A model generated the notes under the pieces. The model searched no databases. It had not been told where the DNA came from and saw only the letters and a list, made by a program, of their open reading frames with translations. DNA of 64,000 nt from Cenococcum geophilum (taxonomy: Eukaryota). Both the position numbers and the translations under genes were made by a program. The stretch covers positions 558,001 to 622,000 of the forward strand of contig CP158635.1 in assembly GCA_050273025.1 (NCBI GenBank), written 5' to 3'. Below are positions 12,148 to 26,300 of the stretch, in pieces. Each line of letters starts with the position of its first letter. Positions within the stretch are counted from its first letter, which is position 1.

Positions 12148-13525
12148 TTGCCCCCCCTTTTTATAGTTAGCGCCTAATCGCCATTACTTTATAGTAGAGG
12201 GAGATTATAAGGGCTTATCCCAGAAGAGGTTTAAAGAAATATTAAAGAGATATTAGTATACCACTATATATTATCTATCTATCTAACCCCTATTTTAAAC
12301 TCCTAAAAAACCTTAATAAGGAAAAAATATAAGTAGAGAAAAGTTATAAGGATTACTAGAAACCCCTTAAAAGCCTATTAAAAGCCTACTAGTAACTACT
12401 TAGGCTAACTTAAGGATTTTTATATAACTTTATATTTAAGCCTTTATACTAGTCTATAATTAATTATAAGTATTATAGGTAATATATTCTTAATATAGTT
12501 CTATAAAACCATTTAGTATATAGCTTACTATTGTCTTTAACTATTAAGTAATCTATAATCTATAATCTGTAATAGTTTTTTATAATCCTCTATATTATTC
12601 TTATATTATTCTTATATTTACCTTTAGGTTATTAAATATAATTAAGGTATTAATTAGTTAATTAAGGAGACTTATCTCCTAAGATCTAGTGTATATACTT
12701 TTAAATCTAGTAGTTCTATACTTTATATTTAGTATAGCTCTACTACCTAGTAAATAGAACGGATACTTTATAATAACGCCTATAGCTATTATACCGTTAT
12801 TAAGAACGTTTATAACGTTATTATTTTAATACTATAGTATTATTTAGGTATAATTTAACTTATACCTTGATTAACTAACGGATATAAAAACCCTAATTTA
12901 GGTTAGCGTTATTAGTAAATGACATAAAAACCTTAATTAGGTTAGCGCCTTTTATAAATAATATAAAAACCTTAATTAGTTATAGCGGTTTAAACTAGGG
13001 GGAGAATGGCACTTTATAACTAGTGTATTTAAACATTATATTAATGCTATAAGAAAAGTATTCTTACTATATATCTTTTAATACTTAAAGCAAATAAGGG
13101 CGGTTAGCTAAAAAAGCTTTATACTGTAAAAGAGAAAAGGGAAGTAGCTAATATAGCAAGTTAAGAATCTTGCCGTTAAAAACATTAGGCCTAATAGGTT
13201 AGTAGTTATACTAAATTCTAAATTTAACTAGACACTGTTTCTATCCTCTAATAAGCTAGGCCGAAGGGGGGTAAATAAATTATAGCGCCTAACTAGGAGA
13301 TTTAAGTAAAAGGCTTTAGTAATATAAGTAATAAGGAGTAGGAAGAGCGTTTAAACGTAGTTATTTACTTAAACCTTTTTTTAACTATTTAATTTTGTAA
13401 GTGGGTAGGCCGGTAAGGCCCTTTATAAGTTATTCTAATTTTAATAAATTCCTATTCCTTATTTTCTAGCGTTTCGCTTCCTTGCTTATATATTATAATT
13501 AATACTAAATTTATAAACCTATCTA

Positions 13526-16500
13526 TGGGTATATTAGTAAACCTTTTAAATCTTCTAAATAGGTCTATCTAGATTTAATTTGCTTGGCGCCTAATTTACT
13601 TAGTTTAATTTAAATTGGAGCTAGTTTAGAGGGCTCCACTAGGATTTAGTTTGCGATTTAATAAGTAATTATATATATAAAGTCTTGGCATAGTGTTATA
13701 GCCTAGGTTTAGTAGAGATTATCTAAATCTTATCCAAAAAGGTCCTAAACAGGGTCCTTTTACATACCCCTACCGCCTATATATAGATCTCGCGATATAT
13801 AAAGTCGCCAGTATAGTAGGAGAGGTAGTAGTAGAGGTTTTAGTAGAGGTTTTAGTAGAGGTTTTAGTGTAGGTTTTAAAGGTAGTTAGGAAGAATTAAG
13901 CCGTCGCCTATATATATATATTAGTGTCTTATATATTGCTTAAACGCCTCCATATCTATATACCTACTTTAGCAACTTAAATCTATAACTTTATTTATAT
14001 TCTATTACTTTAAGCATATAGCGGCTCCAATTACGTCGGCTTTAAGTCGTGCTCTATTTGGCCGCACTATATAACTAGTAGTACTAAAGACTCGTTCTAG
14101 GTTATCGCTTATTACTAGTATACTAAATAAATTAATTGCAAAGCGTAAAAGGCGTAGATATTCTAATTAGAGGCTTTACCAATACTAAATTAGATTATTA
14201 ACTTTCTTCTTACAATTTAGAAACCTCCTTATCTAAGCTTTATACTTATCTTCTACCTTAACGTCTTTTAGTTTGTCGCTAAGCCCTACTGCTTACGTCA
14301 CTACCGCTTAATGGGTAGTTTATTAGCTTCTTAATATATTATAAGGTTTTTATATAAAGCCTATACCTAGTTAACGCGCTCTTTCGCGGCATTAATCTAT
14401 ACGATATTTATAGCCCACTTCTATTTAATATACTTCCATTTATATCGCGGATATAGAATAATTAAGGCGACGTATGCAGCAGATTCGTTAGTAAGCTTAT
14501 AATACTTATTAAGCTTCTCCTAGCTAAGTTAAATACTACTATAAAAATAAGACCCGCTATTCTATTTATATTACTAAGTAAGTAAAGCTAGTTTGTTAAT
14601 TAAATACTCTATAGAGGGCAGGACCTCCTATAGAGAGCTATTCCTTCCTAAAATCCTTTTAGTTAGTAGGAAGTAGTAAATAGATTAACCAAATTAGCTT
14701 ACTATACTACGCCTTATCTTTTAGCGGCGCTAAGATCTATACATGTTCTATTAGGACCTGCTAATCCTTATTACTTAAAGCGTTGTTAATAATTAAGGGC
14801 TTCTTCTTGCCCTTTTTAGGGTAAGGCTTTATGCCGTTCCTAGTAACTTAATTATAGTAGGCCTCCTAATCTCGTGCTTCCTTTTTAATAAAGGCATTAA
14901 TTGCATTATGGAGGTAGATCGCGCGCTTAATTATTTTAAATATAGAGTTCTACCTTATATTAACGTTAAGTATAAGCTTCTAGCTTATTTACGTAGCTAT
15001 ACTATCTAAAGTAAATAGTATAGTGGTTCCGTAAAGACATTAAAACTCCTTAAATTACTACTAGAGCTATAAGGACTCTATAATATATACAATAATATTA
15101 TAAAGCTTTTTAATAGGGCCTTACTTCCTCTAAAGCTCTAATTGGCTAATCTTATCCTTTATATCTTCAACTTTTACCTCTAAAGCGTTTAGATCCTTTC
15201 TATATAGTATAGATTTAGCCACTAAGTTAAGAATATAGCTGGTATATTAAAGGCAACGCTGCTTTTAGTTAAAGCTAAGCTTCTTACTTAGGGCCTATAT
15301 ATAGGTGTTGTTGTTCAATATATTGTCTAATATAAAGTGTCTAACTTTGTTACTAATATCAAACTCAGCAAGGATTACGGCTACGCCGTTAGTAATATTA
15401 ACGCCAGTATATTAGCTAGCAAGCTTTAGTATACTAAGAAGGAAGCTTTTATACCCCCTTTATTATTAATAAAATTAATAACAATACCGTAAAGACTTAA
15501 AAGGCTATAAGACGTCTATATATCTAATAAGACGTATATTTTATTAAACGCGCTCTTAAAAAGCTTTATTACTACGCCTTTATATTACTTAAAGTCCCTA
15601 ATAATCTAATCGCGTAGTGTATTTCAAGTAGAAAGAATACTTTAGGCGTTATTATTAAGGTATAAGATAAGCTCCTAGAAGTATATACTCTTAACTTAAT
15701 TAAATACAATACTGTCTTAAATAATCTACTGGGTAAGGAGCTTTTAGAATTACATCTTATTTAAAGCTTAACGCTATAAGTTAATTACGGCCTGTTTTTC
15801 TAGAGTTCTGTTTAGTATTATAATAACTAAATTGCCTTAATCTAGAGGCTTAATTAGCCCATCTTTACCAATAAAATGTTTCCTTTAAAGGTATTCGGAA
15901 GCTCTACTAGTTAATGCATTACTCTAACAGTAATTGGTACCGTATTTTATATTATACTTTTAGTAGTAAAGCTTATATATTATATAGATCTTTTCTATTT
16001 CTATTTAGTGGACTTTATAGCAACGTTTTTAAATATGCGATTATTCGTCTCTTTTTAAGATAGGGGGTATATTAAAGCTGGGAAATGTAGCCTAAATAAG
16101 GCCTTCGTACTTATCTTTATCAAATAATATATCTTTAGTAATATCGCATTTAAAGGCGCGGCTATTAAGTTTAGCGGTATTCTAGAGCTCGGTAGGTACC
16201 TCTAATTAACTAAAAGAAATAAAAGGTTTAGTAGAAACAGAATTAGTTTCCATTTAATAAGATTAAGTAGTAGTAGTAGGATATTAAAGGCTTACGCAGA
16301 CGTATAATTCTTAAATTTTACTAGGCTTAGCAGGTAAATATAACTATATAATGCCCAAATACGGTTTAGTAAATAGGTGGAAAATGCTAGTTTTATAGGG
16401 TTCCTTACCAAAAAGGTCATAGCTAAAGCATTTGGCGAGTATACCCTAAAGTATCCTATAAGCATATCTACGAAATATCTATACTAGAATTAATTAATTC

Positions 16501-16632
16501 AAATCAATCCGCCAAAACACTAGACTTAATTGATTTAATATTTATAAAGGGTTAATTTAGTGTAGAATTAAATTGCTTTATAATTAATTTAATTTAAATT
16601 TAATTTAATAGGTTAATTTACTAATATGCCTG
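13526..16632 (-). mobile_element. Complete hAT DNA transposon (3107 bp), RIP-inactivated
   Basis: 8-bp TSD CCTATCTA at 13518-13525 and 16633-16640; 16-bp TIRs TGGGTATATTAGTAAA / TTTACTAATATGCCTG; AATTGA/TCAATT-type subterminal repeats. Confidence 0.93.
13950..16253 (-). pseudogene. hAT transposase
   Basis: ATG at 16253; BED-finger remnant, D(I)WTS, LDN..NN.T, (C)..(H)ILNLVAK, and dimerisation domain YPRLSRFAIDLFSIPAMSDDPERVFS after reversing RIP. Confidence 0.9.
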
Positions 16633-17195
16633 CCTATCTAGTCTAATATACCTCTTATTACTAAAAGTAGATATATAGATAAGCTACTACTACTAAATAT
16701 TAGATCCTTAAGTATCTATACTAAAGTCTTAACACTATTACCGCCACTAAATTAATCTACCTAGGTGCAATATCTAAGCTAGTTATAGTTAGTAACTATA
16801 TATATATAACCCTTTTAATACCTAATAATACCGCTATATTAGTAGAGAAGGATAATAAGGTAGTAGATATGGATAGAGTAGCACAACAGCAGCTAATAGC
16901 GTTAACTTACTCTCTATCTTTAGTGTATAAATATTTTTAGTTATAACTAGCTAAAAGCGCGGAGCTTACCCTATTATTAGGGAAGGAAGATAGCACTAAA
17001 AATATAGACTAGGTTAGAGAAATAGGCGATATAAGTAAAATAGTTAAGGTATTAATAAGCGGAAGCTAGTATAGAGCCTTTAATAATAATAGTAGCAATA
17101 ATAATAATAGTGGTAATAGCGATAATAGCAATTGTATATAACCTACATTACTATTATAAAAGAGTACGACCTCTCTCACGTTAGGAAAAAAGTTA

Positions 17196-17360
17196 CCAGC
17201 ATTTAATTTTACTTTTTTGCCATTTTAGCATTTTCTAGCATTTCTAGCATTTCCTAGCATTTAGCTGCCAAATGCGGCATTTAGAATTAAGTATTAGCAT
17301 TTAGCTGCCAAATACGGCATTTATAATTAAGCATTAGCATTTAGCTACTAAGTGCTAACT
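17196..17360. repeat. Left subterminal GCATTT/AAATGC motif array of the giant TIR element
   Basis: About a dozen direct and inverted GCATTT copies, including a ~40-bp tandem unit; mirrored at 50320-50362 and echoed at 17560-17600 and 22860-22900. Confidence 0.75.
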
Positions 17361-18559
17361 ATAAGATTACTAAGCGTATATAAAAGTATAATTTTTATAA
17401 TTTTAATATTTTATATACACTTTATTAATATTACTAAGTATATAAAAAAGTATATATTTTATATTTTATATATATTTTATTAATATTAGTAAGCATAGGG
17501 GGCAGGGCGGTATTATAAAAAACTTTACTAGTATCTTAAATTAGGTTTATGCTAATTAAGCAATTTTAGTATTTAGCCGTATTTAGTTATATTTTGCGGC
17601 TATATACTACACCGCTAATAATAATACTATAATTTATAGCTAAACGCTGCCTTAATAATAAAAGTGCTATAAGCTGCAGCTTAATGCTCTCTTAGAAATA
17701 ATAATACTAAAAATATTTTAGTTAACTAAGTTTACTATATACGCTACGCTACTACCTATAAGTTACTAGAAGATATATCCCTTAGCCTATATATACGCCA
17801 CTATATAATTATAATAGGTTTTGCCATATAGCGGCTATATATAGTATTTAGAATTATCTATAGTTACATTATACTCTTATAATCGTTACTAGTATTAGAT
17901 AGTCTTAGTGTCTTCCTTTTTACCTTAGCCTGCTTTTAAGCTTAAATCGGCCTTCTCCTTATATACTAACTTATGTAGTAATAATATAAATTTAGTTAAC
18001 TTTAATATCCTCTACTTAATACTTAACTTTTAATTAGCTATAATAGTATTATAGTAAACGGGCTTAGTCTATCCTTGTTAATCTATCTAAGTAAATAGTT
18101 GCTTTACCTTTAAGAGCTTATAGCTTAGCTTAACTATAATAGTATAATTTACGCGCTATAGGTTAATAGATAGCCTAATTAATATAAAGGTACAAAGTAG
18201 GATCCACTTAGAGTTATTAGTGTTAAAGGTTTACCTAGCCTTAGCCTTCTTAATATTAGATATACTAGCTATATAGCAGAGCATTTTATCTTTACTATAT
18301 TCTTTATATAGCCTATTAAACTAATAAGCTAGTATAAGAGGTAAGTAAGTAGTAATAATAATCTTACACGCTAAACTATCCGTTTATTTTTTAATATAAA
18401 CGTAATTATAGATTTTTTTTAGCTTAAAAGAACTTTATATTCTGTTAAAAATAGCGGTTAAGTATATTAGTAAACTCCTTACTAAGCGGGTTAGTAGTCC
18501 ACTTAGTAATAATTGGGTTCTTAAGTGTGCAACTTTAAGTTTTTAGGCGTTTGTTATTG

Positions 18560-21500
18560 GACTTATTAGACTTATTAGACTTAATTATAATAGGGGCATA
18601 CTAGTCCTAGTATTGGATAACCTAGGCTACGCTTACTACCGTTTTCGCGTTAGTGTATAACTTGGCTTAGGTAAGTTTTAGTATCTTAGGTTTAGTATTT
18701 AAATTACTACTATCTTTCTCTTATATAGCTGGAAGTTCCTTATATTAGCGCCTCTACTTTATCCTTACTTAGTCCTCTATGGCTGTAATTATAGCCGCCT
18801 TAGTATTATTAGGGTCGGCCTATAATATAACTAATTTAAAATAGCTGTTCTTTAGGATAAGCTTTTACTAGTTAAACTAAAGTGTTAACTCCCCTCCATA
18901 TATCTAAAACGTTAGAATAACTATACGGAAAAATGCAGCTAGTTCGCCGAATTTCCTATCTATTATTACTCTAACTAGGTTAGTCTTCGTATCCTTATAG
19001 AGATAGTTAAATTTCTTCTTCTTTAGCTAGATGTTTTTTCTTTAAGCTTAAGCAGTACTTTAAACTCCGTTCCTTTAGCTTATTAGCTTCTTTCTACTCT
19101 GGCCCTTTTAATCCTACTATAATAAACCGCATTAGTTACATTAGGTTTCCGTTATTAGGCGTACTAAATACACCCTATATATTAGGGCTGCGATTATATA
19201 TAATGCGGTACTCCTTAATTATATCCTTAATAAACAATATTAAGACTCTACCGGTCGCGTCTAAGTGGTATTCGTCCTAGAGGATACGCCTAACCTATAT
19301 TACACTTTTTAATTTCTAATATATTCTAGGGGATTGGTTATTTAGGTATTTCTATATACTAGTTTATATAGTAATAAACCCGCGTATTAGTTATGTGGTA
19401 ATACAATTTCGCGTAGTAATTAGAAGGAATTAGGTTAAGTATTTTAGCACTAATAGTTCCGTTATATTAGGGGTAGGGCTATAATTATTCTTAAACCTAG
19501 CTTTACTTTATAGGTGTAATAAAAGAGCCTTACTAACTAGATATATATCGTTATTATTTTCCCATTATTCCTTATTAGTCTACTTAAAAGCCTTACGGAT
19601 TTGCGGCTATTTATCCTTTTTTAGTTTACTAAATATTTTAACTTTATTATAGCTAGGGGCGAGAATTGTAATCTAGGGTGGGTTATGGCGCTTTATAATC
19701 GCGCCGTTTTATAATATTATACTCGCGTTTTTTAGAAATCTTAGTAGGCCCGGGGTTAGCGTAAGGACGACTAAGTAGCCTTACTATAGGTCTATAAGGT
19801 ATAGCTTCTTAAAGTTGTCTTTATAGTAGTATATAATTGGCTGCTTTGCTACTTATAGGTATTTTATATCCAGCAGATATATCTTAGGTAAGTAGTAGGT
19901 TATATTTCTAGTAGCTTAGGCCTCTTAAATATCTATTACGTTCTAATAATAAAAATAGTTTATTAGCTATTAAGTGATTATTTATATAGTCTTGCCCGCG
20001 CTAGGTTCGTCTGTATAGATACCGCCTCCTTTAATTATCCTCTTTTATTTAAATACCTAAGCTATATATACTACTTAATATAGGCTAAATTTAAAGCCTA
20101 ATATAAGGCCCTAATTAGGGAGTTCGATTAGGGCGGTCTCGGAAAGTACTTTTAATAAAATAAGTAGGAAATACTCTAGAGTGAGTAGAAAATCCACATC
20201 TATTACGTACGCTAGTATACTATCTAAGTTATCCTTCCCGGGCTTATAGAGCTGGGCTAAGAAAGTTTGCTAGTTAAGTTCTTCCTCTACGTCTATATTT
20301 TAGTTGTTATTATTAACTAAATCCTTATCTCAGTCTCTACTCTCTATATCCTTAGAGTTAGTGTAATATAGGAACTAATTATTATATCTATTAGCACGTT
20401 ACGGCAATTTACTATCCTTTATAGTAATATTTTAAGGGATATTAATGGTTAGTAATATAGTAGTAGGGTTGTTTATTATATTATTAGGCTAGTATATACC
20501 TTTAGGTTTGGTAATAGATTATAGCAATTTACTATTATTTGCGGCAATTTCTCTAATACCGCTATTACTCGCTAATATAGGCTTATAGGTAGATAGGTTA
20601 CGTCTTCCCTTTACTAATTACCTTCTACGCATAACTGGCTTATTATTGCTGTTTTTTATAAAGATGCCTACCGCTAATTCTACTTAAGGGCGTTTCCTAC
20701 TTCTATTTAGGTTGGCTTTATAACTATTTAACTTCCTAAGCGTAGCTAGCTTACTTTTATTATCCTCTGCTAGAGTACTTATTACTAATTTTAGTTAAGG
20801 CCACTTATTATATCTACCCGATTTAGTTTTATTATTATTTAATTTCTTATATCTAATAGGCTTGCCCTTACTATTTTTATTAGAGCTATATACTACTAAT
20901 CCTAAATAACTCCGCTTCTTACCTTCTCCTAGTTTACTCTTACCGCTAGCCTTATATAGCGTTAGGACTTACTAGCTATCTTTTACGCTATATCTATTAC
21001 GTTTAGGCGCTTTAGATTCGATAGCTAGCGGTATATTATTAGTGGCAGCGACTTAGGAGTTTAAGCTAGGAGGCGAGAGTAATGCTATAAATACGGCCTC
21101 CTTTGTGCTATTTCTTGCTATTTTGCTAAGAGCTATAATAAGTATGCCCTCTAACTATATTATAAGGTTTTTATATCTTTATAGCAATATATAGATATTC
21201 TTTTTAGGCAGACCGTTAATATTAAGCTCTATATAGGCTTGCAGTTCCTCCTATAGCTTACCTAGAGCTATATATAGGTTTCCGCTTATTAGATATAAGA
21301 CTTAAACTACCCTAACTATTAACTTACCTATTAAGCCTATAGATTAGATTTTAATCTTAATATCTTTTATATTAATTACGTTGCTTGCCGCTAGGGTTAC
21401 TAGCTAAGGTAAAGGGATACTATATAGTAGGGTTATAGTAACGTCTATAGGCTATATCGCATATAACAGCTAAGGTAGCGTCGTCTTATCTTATACTTTA

Positions 21501-21900
21501 GTCTTTAGAGGTAACGTATATTTATATAGAGCATACCCACTCTTAGAGGTACTTAGTGCCCTCCTTGCGCGATTAAAATAAGTACTTCCTATAATTTTTA
21601 GGATTACCTACAGTTTCTAATCTAGTAGAGTATTAGTAAATTGTGGGAGTTACTTATAAAACTCCTTAACGTGCCCTTTTTTTATTATTATAGAGTTACT
21701 GCAATATATTACGTACTTAGGCTTAACTTTAATTATAATATCTTTAATATTCTTTTTTAGTCTATTATAGTTTTTAATGCTTATTTTAAAGCCTTAAGTA
21801 ATATCCGTATCTTTAGTTAGCTTTAGGTTCGCTTTATACTACGCGTTTAGCTTTACCTATAATTGCGTTATTATTAAATCACTTATTTAGTTAGGTATGC
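18560..21900 (-). pseudogene. RIP-degenerate ORF-like region of unknown function inside the giant element
   Basis: Long minus-strand stretches whose stops are TAA/TAG compatible with RIP; no motif recognised; limits approximate. Confidence 0.3.
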
Positions 21901-22338
21901 GTAATATTACGGTATATATTAAGTAGAAGGTAACTATTAAAGTAAAAGGGCTTTATACAGTAGCTAGCTAGCACTATACTAGTATAACTCTAGTATTAGA
22001 CGTAGTTAGAGGTTAGTTATAAGAGACGAAAGGTAGGATAAGTAAAGTTAATTAAGAAGAAATAAAGAAGTAAATCTTGTAATTACCTGCACGTGCCCGC
22101 ATAAAGATAAAATTAGCTATAGTTTGCTACTACTAGTTAGGGTAAATACGGCTAAACTTAATACTATATAGTTAAATAAGGGTATAATTATATAACTTAT
22201 AGGGACTACCCTACCTAGCCTATTTAGGGCTAGGTGGCAGTTTAATACTACTAAACTCTTATAGTTTTTAATATAAGTAATTTATTAAGTGCCTATAAAG
22301 GGGTAACTAGTTATTATAGTATAATAGAATATAAGAGG

Positions 22339-22664
22339 TTATAGGCGTTACTATATTTCTTATTATTATATAGAGTCGGTATATATGCGCGCCGCTAGAG
22401 TTAAAGGGCTGGCCTATATCTATACGTATGGGCTTTATTACTGTAAAGTGTTTGCTATATAATAGGTAGTATTTTTAGTAACTAGTAATATATTACACTT
22501 ATTATAGGCGTTACTATATTTCTTATTGTTATATAAAGTTGGTAGATATACGCGCTACTAAAGTTAAAGGGCTAGCCTACATCTATATATGCGGACTCTA
22601 TCGCTATAAAGTGCTTAATATATAATAGGTAGTACTTCTAATAGACAGCAACATATTATACTTA
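22339..22664. repeat. 163-bp tandem duplication (2 copies)
   Basis: TTATAGGCGTTACTATATTTCTTATT... at 22339 and 22502, differing mostly by transitions. Confidence 0.85.
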
Positions 22665-23319
22665 CTTTATAATCGTTAGTGTTATTATTATATTATATAG
22701 TACTTAAGGGCCTACTAGATAAGTCTATCTAAAATAATAATTATTTAGTATATAGGATTTATGTCTATATATAAACATCTAGTGCTTATTTAATATATAT
22801 CTACTATAAAAGGTAGTAGGAGGTTTTATATCTTATATTATAAGTTTATATAATTAATAGCATTTTGCGGTATTTTGCGGCATTTTAGGGCATTTTAGAA
22901 TAATAGATATATTGTATATACTAGCATCTAGCTACTTAGCAATATTAACTTATCTTACTATTTATCTATTTAGTATTCTACTATAGTATTTATTATATTA
23001 AAGTCTCTTAAATTTAATATCTTTATTTTAGATCTATTTAGAACTATATATAGTTTTATAATATTCTACTTCCCGCCTAGTACTCTAGTAAGAGATTATT
23101 TAGTTAATAATACCTTTTCTCTTACTAATTAAGGGAGGAAATGACTTATACTTTCTAGTAGTAGTAGGCTATACTTATTAGTAATATTTTAAATAGATTA
23201 CGGTGTTTAAGTTTTTGTTTACCTATAACGTAATTAGCCTGCCTATAGTAAAGTGCTTTTACTTTACTACTTACTTCTCTTTTTTTTTAACCCTTTTATA
23301 CATTTATATACTCGTATTA

Positions 23320-26300
23320 TAAACTATAAGAGTTTAATAGTGCTAGACTATTGCCTAGCCTATATTAAAAGATAGGCTAGGTAAGATAGTCCCTATAACT
23401 TATACTATACCGCGTCTTCCTCTATAAGTTGGTCTTATTATTATAGATTTACCCTTATACGCGTTTAACCTATAGAGTATATAACTATATACTTTGCCAC
23501 TAAGGCCTTACTTATACAATTTTATTAGGGCGCGCCTTATTTCCTTACCTTTACTAGTTAACCTAACTTTACTAACTACCTACCCTTACTCCTACCCTAT
23601 TAGTATCTACCTTTATAACTGGTACCTTTATAGATTTATTTAAGCTATAGAGCCTTATAATATAGTAAGTTAGCTACTTTATCTTTAGCCTTAGCTATAT
23701 AATAAAGAATCTATATTTACTAATACGTTTATATAAACCACTGCTTAGTATAGCCTACTACTAAAATAGACCTACCTACTAATTATTTTATAACTTATAA
23801 TGTTAACTACATCTATAACTATAAAAAGTTTACTAAGGGCGTTATAGTTTTTAAGATTGCCTTAACTATAGTAGTTATAGGCTCTGGTGTCTTATAAGGT
23901 AATAGTAAGGGCCCTACGCTTAATAAGTCTCTTCTTCTAAAGCTTGGCAGTCTATACCTCTTAGCTAATAACGCTCTAAAATACTATCTTTATCTATTCA
24001 CCAGCTATATATACGCTAATTATTCACTTGGGAAAGCTTCTTAACTTTATTATAGCTATAATAAGGCTAGTTATCTTAAAGCTAACTACCCTAACCCTAT
24101 ATATAATAATTATAGGGAAGCCGGTTATTTTAAGAGTAACTGTCCGAGTATAATATATAACTAATATAGTGCTATAGGCTATAAAAAGCGAGACTATCCC
24201 TAGCTATTAAGTAAGAAGAAGCGGACTTGCCTAAACTATAGCTCCCTAAATTATTAAACTATCTTCTATAGTTAGGTATATAAGAACTATAGAGTTATAG
24301 GGTATAATATTAATAATTATATAAGTAGACCTACTTTAATTCGGGTAATAAATGCCGTAACCGCTCTGGGCAAGGTAGATATACTAAGTACTACCGCTTT
24401 AAGTATAGCTACTACCTCTTTATTGCCTAAACCTCTTAATATAGCCAGCTTCTATCTAGTAGTAGATAGCCTAGTAGATAATCTAGACACCTATATAGAG
24501 GATAGCAATTCTATAATAGCCAAACCTTTAGATATACTCCAGCTTCTAAATAATAACTACTTTATAGTTTAGTTTGTTATACAAATTATTAAAGAGTATA
24601 TTACAGCATATAGCATTATATTTTAGGTGTCCTATAAGACTAGTAAAATGCCTACTTATTATTTATATAAGATAGCGTCTGTCCAATTTATAGATGTTAA
24701 TATCGCCAGCGACGTTAAAGTTAATACTACTAATGCTACTTCTCTAGTTACTTAATAACTGTTATATCTAACTACGCTTAAGTATCTTACTTATATTCTC
24801 CCGTAAGATGCTATAACCCTATAACTTTACTATATTAGGTTTGTTATCGCCTCTAATAAACTTATATTAGGTACGCGCACGTTACTTAGTAAGTACTTAT
24901 TTATTAATAGGGACTTCGGCCTATTTACGCCGTAAATCTATAAAGCTTAGGATATACTATTAAATAGTCCTATAGTTATTATCTACTTCTTTACACCAGG
25001 CACTAAATAGCTTAATAGTTATATTGTAAGCCTAAACGCAAGCCTATAATAGTAGAGTGTTAATAATCCTTTAGGTCGCTAGTGGAAGAACTATAATATA
25101 AATATTTAGCTTAGTATGTAGCTCTTAGTAGAAGACTAACTATTATATAAAATCCCCGTAAGGTATTAGTTTAATAGCGTTCTTAAGTATTTTACGGTCT
25201 AGTTTTATACCGTAGTTATAAGCCTTAAGGCCGTTAATTAAAACCCCAAGGTACTTATTATTATTTATCTTATTACCTTCCTAGGTAGTGTAGACTAAGT
25301 CTACTATGCTGCTATCTAGATGGTTAATAGTCTTACCCTTTATACTAAATTTATTATTAATATCTTATTTCTAGATAAAGATGTAAATAGCTAGGCCAGC
25401 TAGAAAGGAGTTATTATTAATACTACTTCCTTCAGCTTCGGCTATAACTACTATACTTTTATCTTTTAACTATAGGTAGGTTATAAGTTTATACTAAACC
25501 CCGTATTTGCTCTAAAGTATATCCTAAGCAGCGACGACTTTATAATAGTTAGTAACCTAAGTAAGGCCCTAATTACGGTATAGGGCATTAAATATCTTAT
25601 AACTAAGCGTGTCCCTAATGTTAGAATCTCCTAAAAGATTAATACTTTACGCTACCTGTAGTAAGGAGGCAACAGTTTCTATATTAAGCGCTAAATTACG
25701 CTATCTAATAAATTTATAGATCTTCCGCGTATTAATTACTTTAACTATAATATTACTAAGTATAGGAAGAACTTGGTTAATAATGCCCTTAAGGCTGTCT
25801 TACCGCTATTTAATAAAGAGTAAATGGGTACCTGTACTACACTTAAATATATAATAGGCGGTATTTTACTAATATAATGCCCCAGTGGTGTTAGGAAATT
25901 AACCTTTTTAACTATTTTAGTATAATACTAGTATTAACTTAGGTTGCCCTAGTAGGATCCTACTAGAATCTAGGTCCTATCGCCACTTAATTACTAACTA
26001 GATATACTAGCTAAGGCGATTAATAATGCGCTTATAGAGGACTATAAGGCACTAATTACGTAAGGCCGTCCCGCTAAATTTCCTATCGTCCTTTGCCGCT
26101 ATATGCGCTTAACGGAAACCAAGGTCTATAAGCGGGATACCGTTATATAGCAAACAGCGGTAGGTATTAATACTTATCCTAAGTATTTTAAAGAATAGGA
26201 TAACTATGCTATAATTAATAAGGACGCGTTTATACTAAATATAGCATTCCTGCTCTACTATACGTTTAAGGCTAGTAATGCCACCGGCTTTAATAAGCAG

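Noticed and set aside
12889..12945. Telomeric CCCTAA/TTAGG repeats
   Set aside because: Isolated motifs, not a tandem telomere tract.
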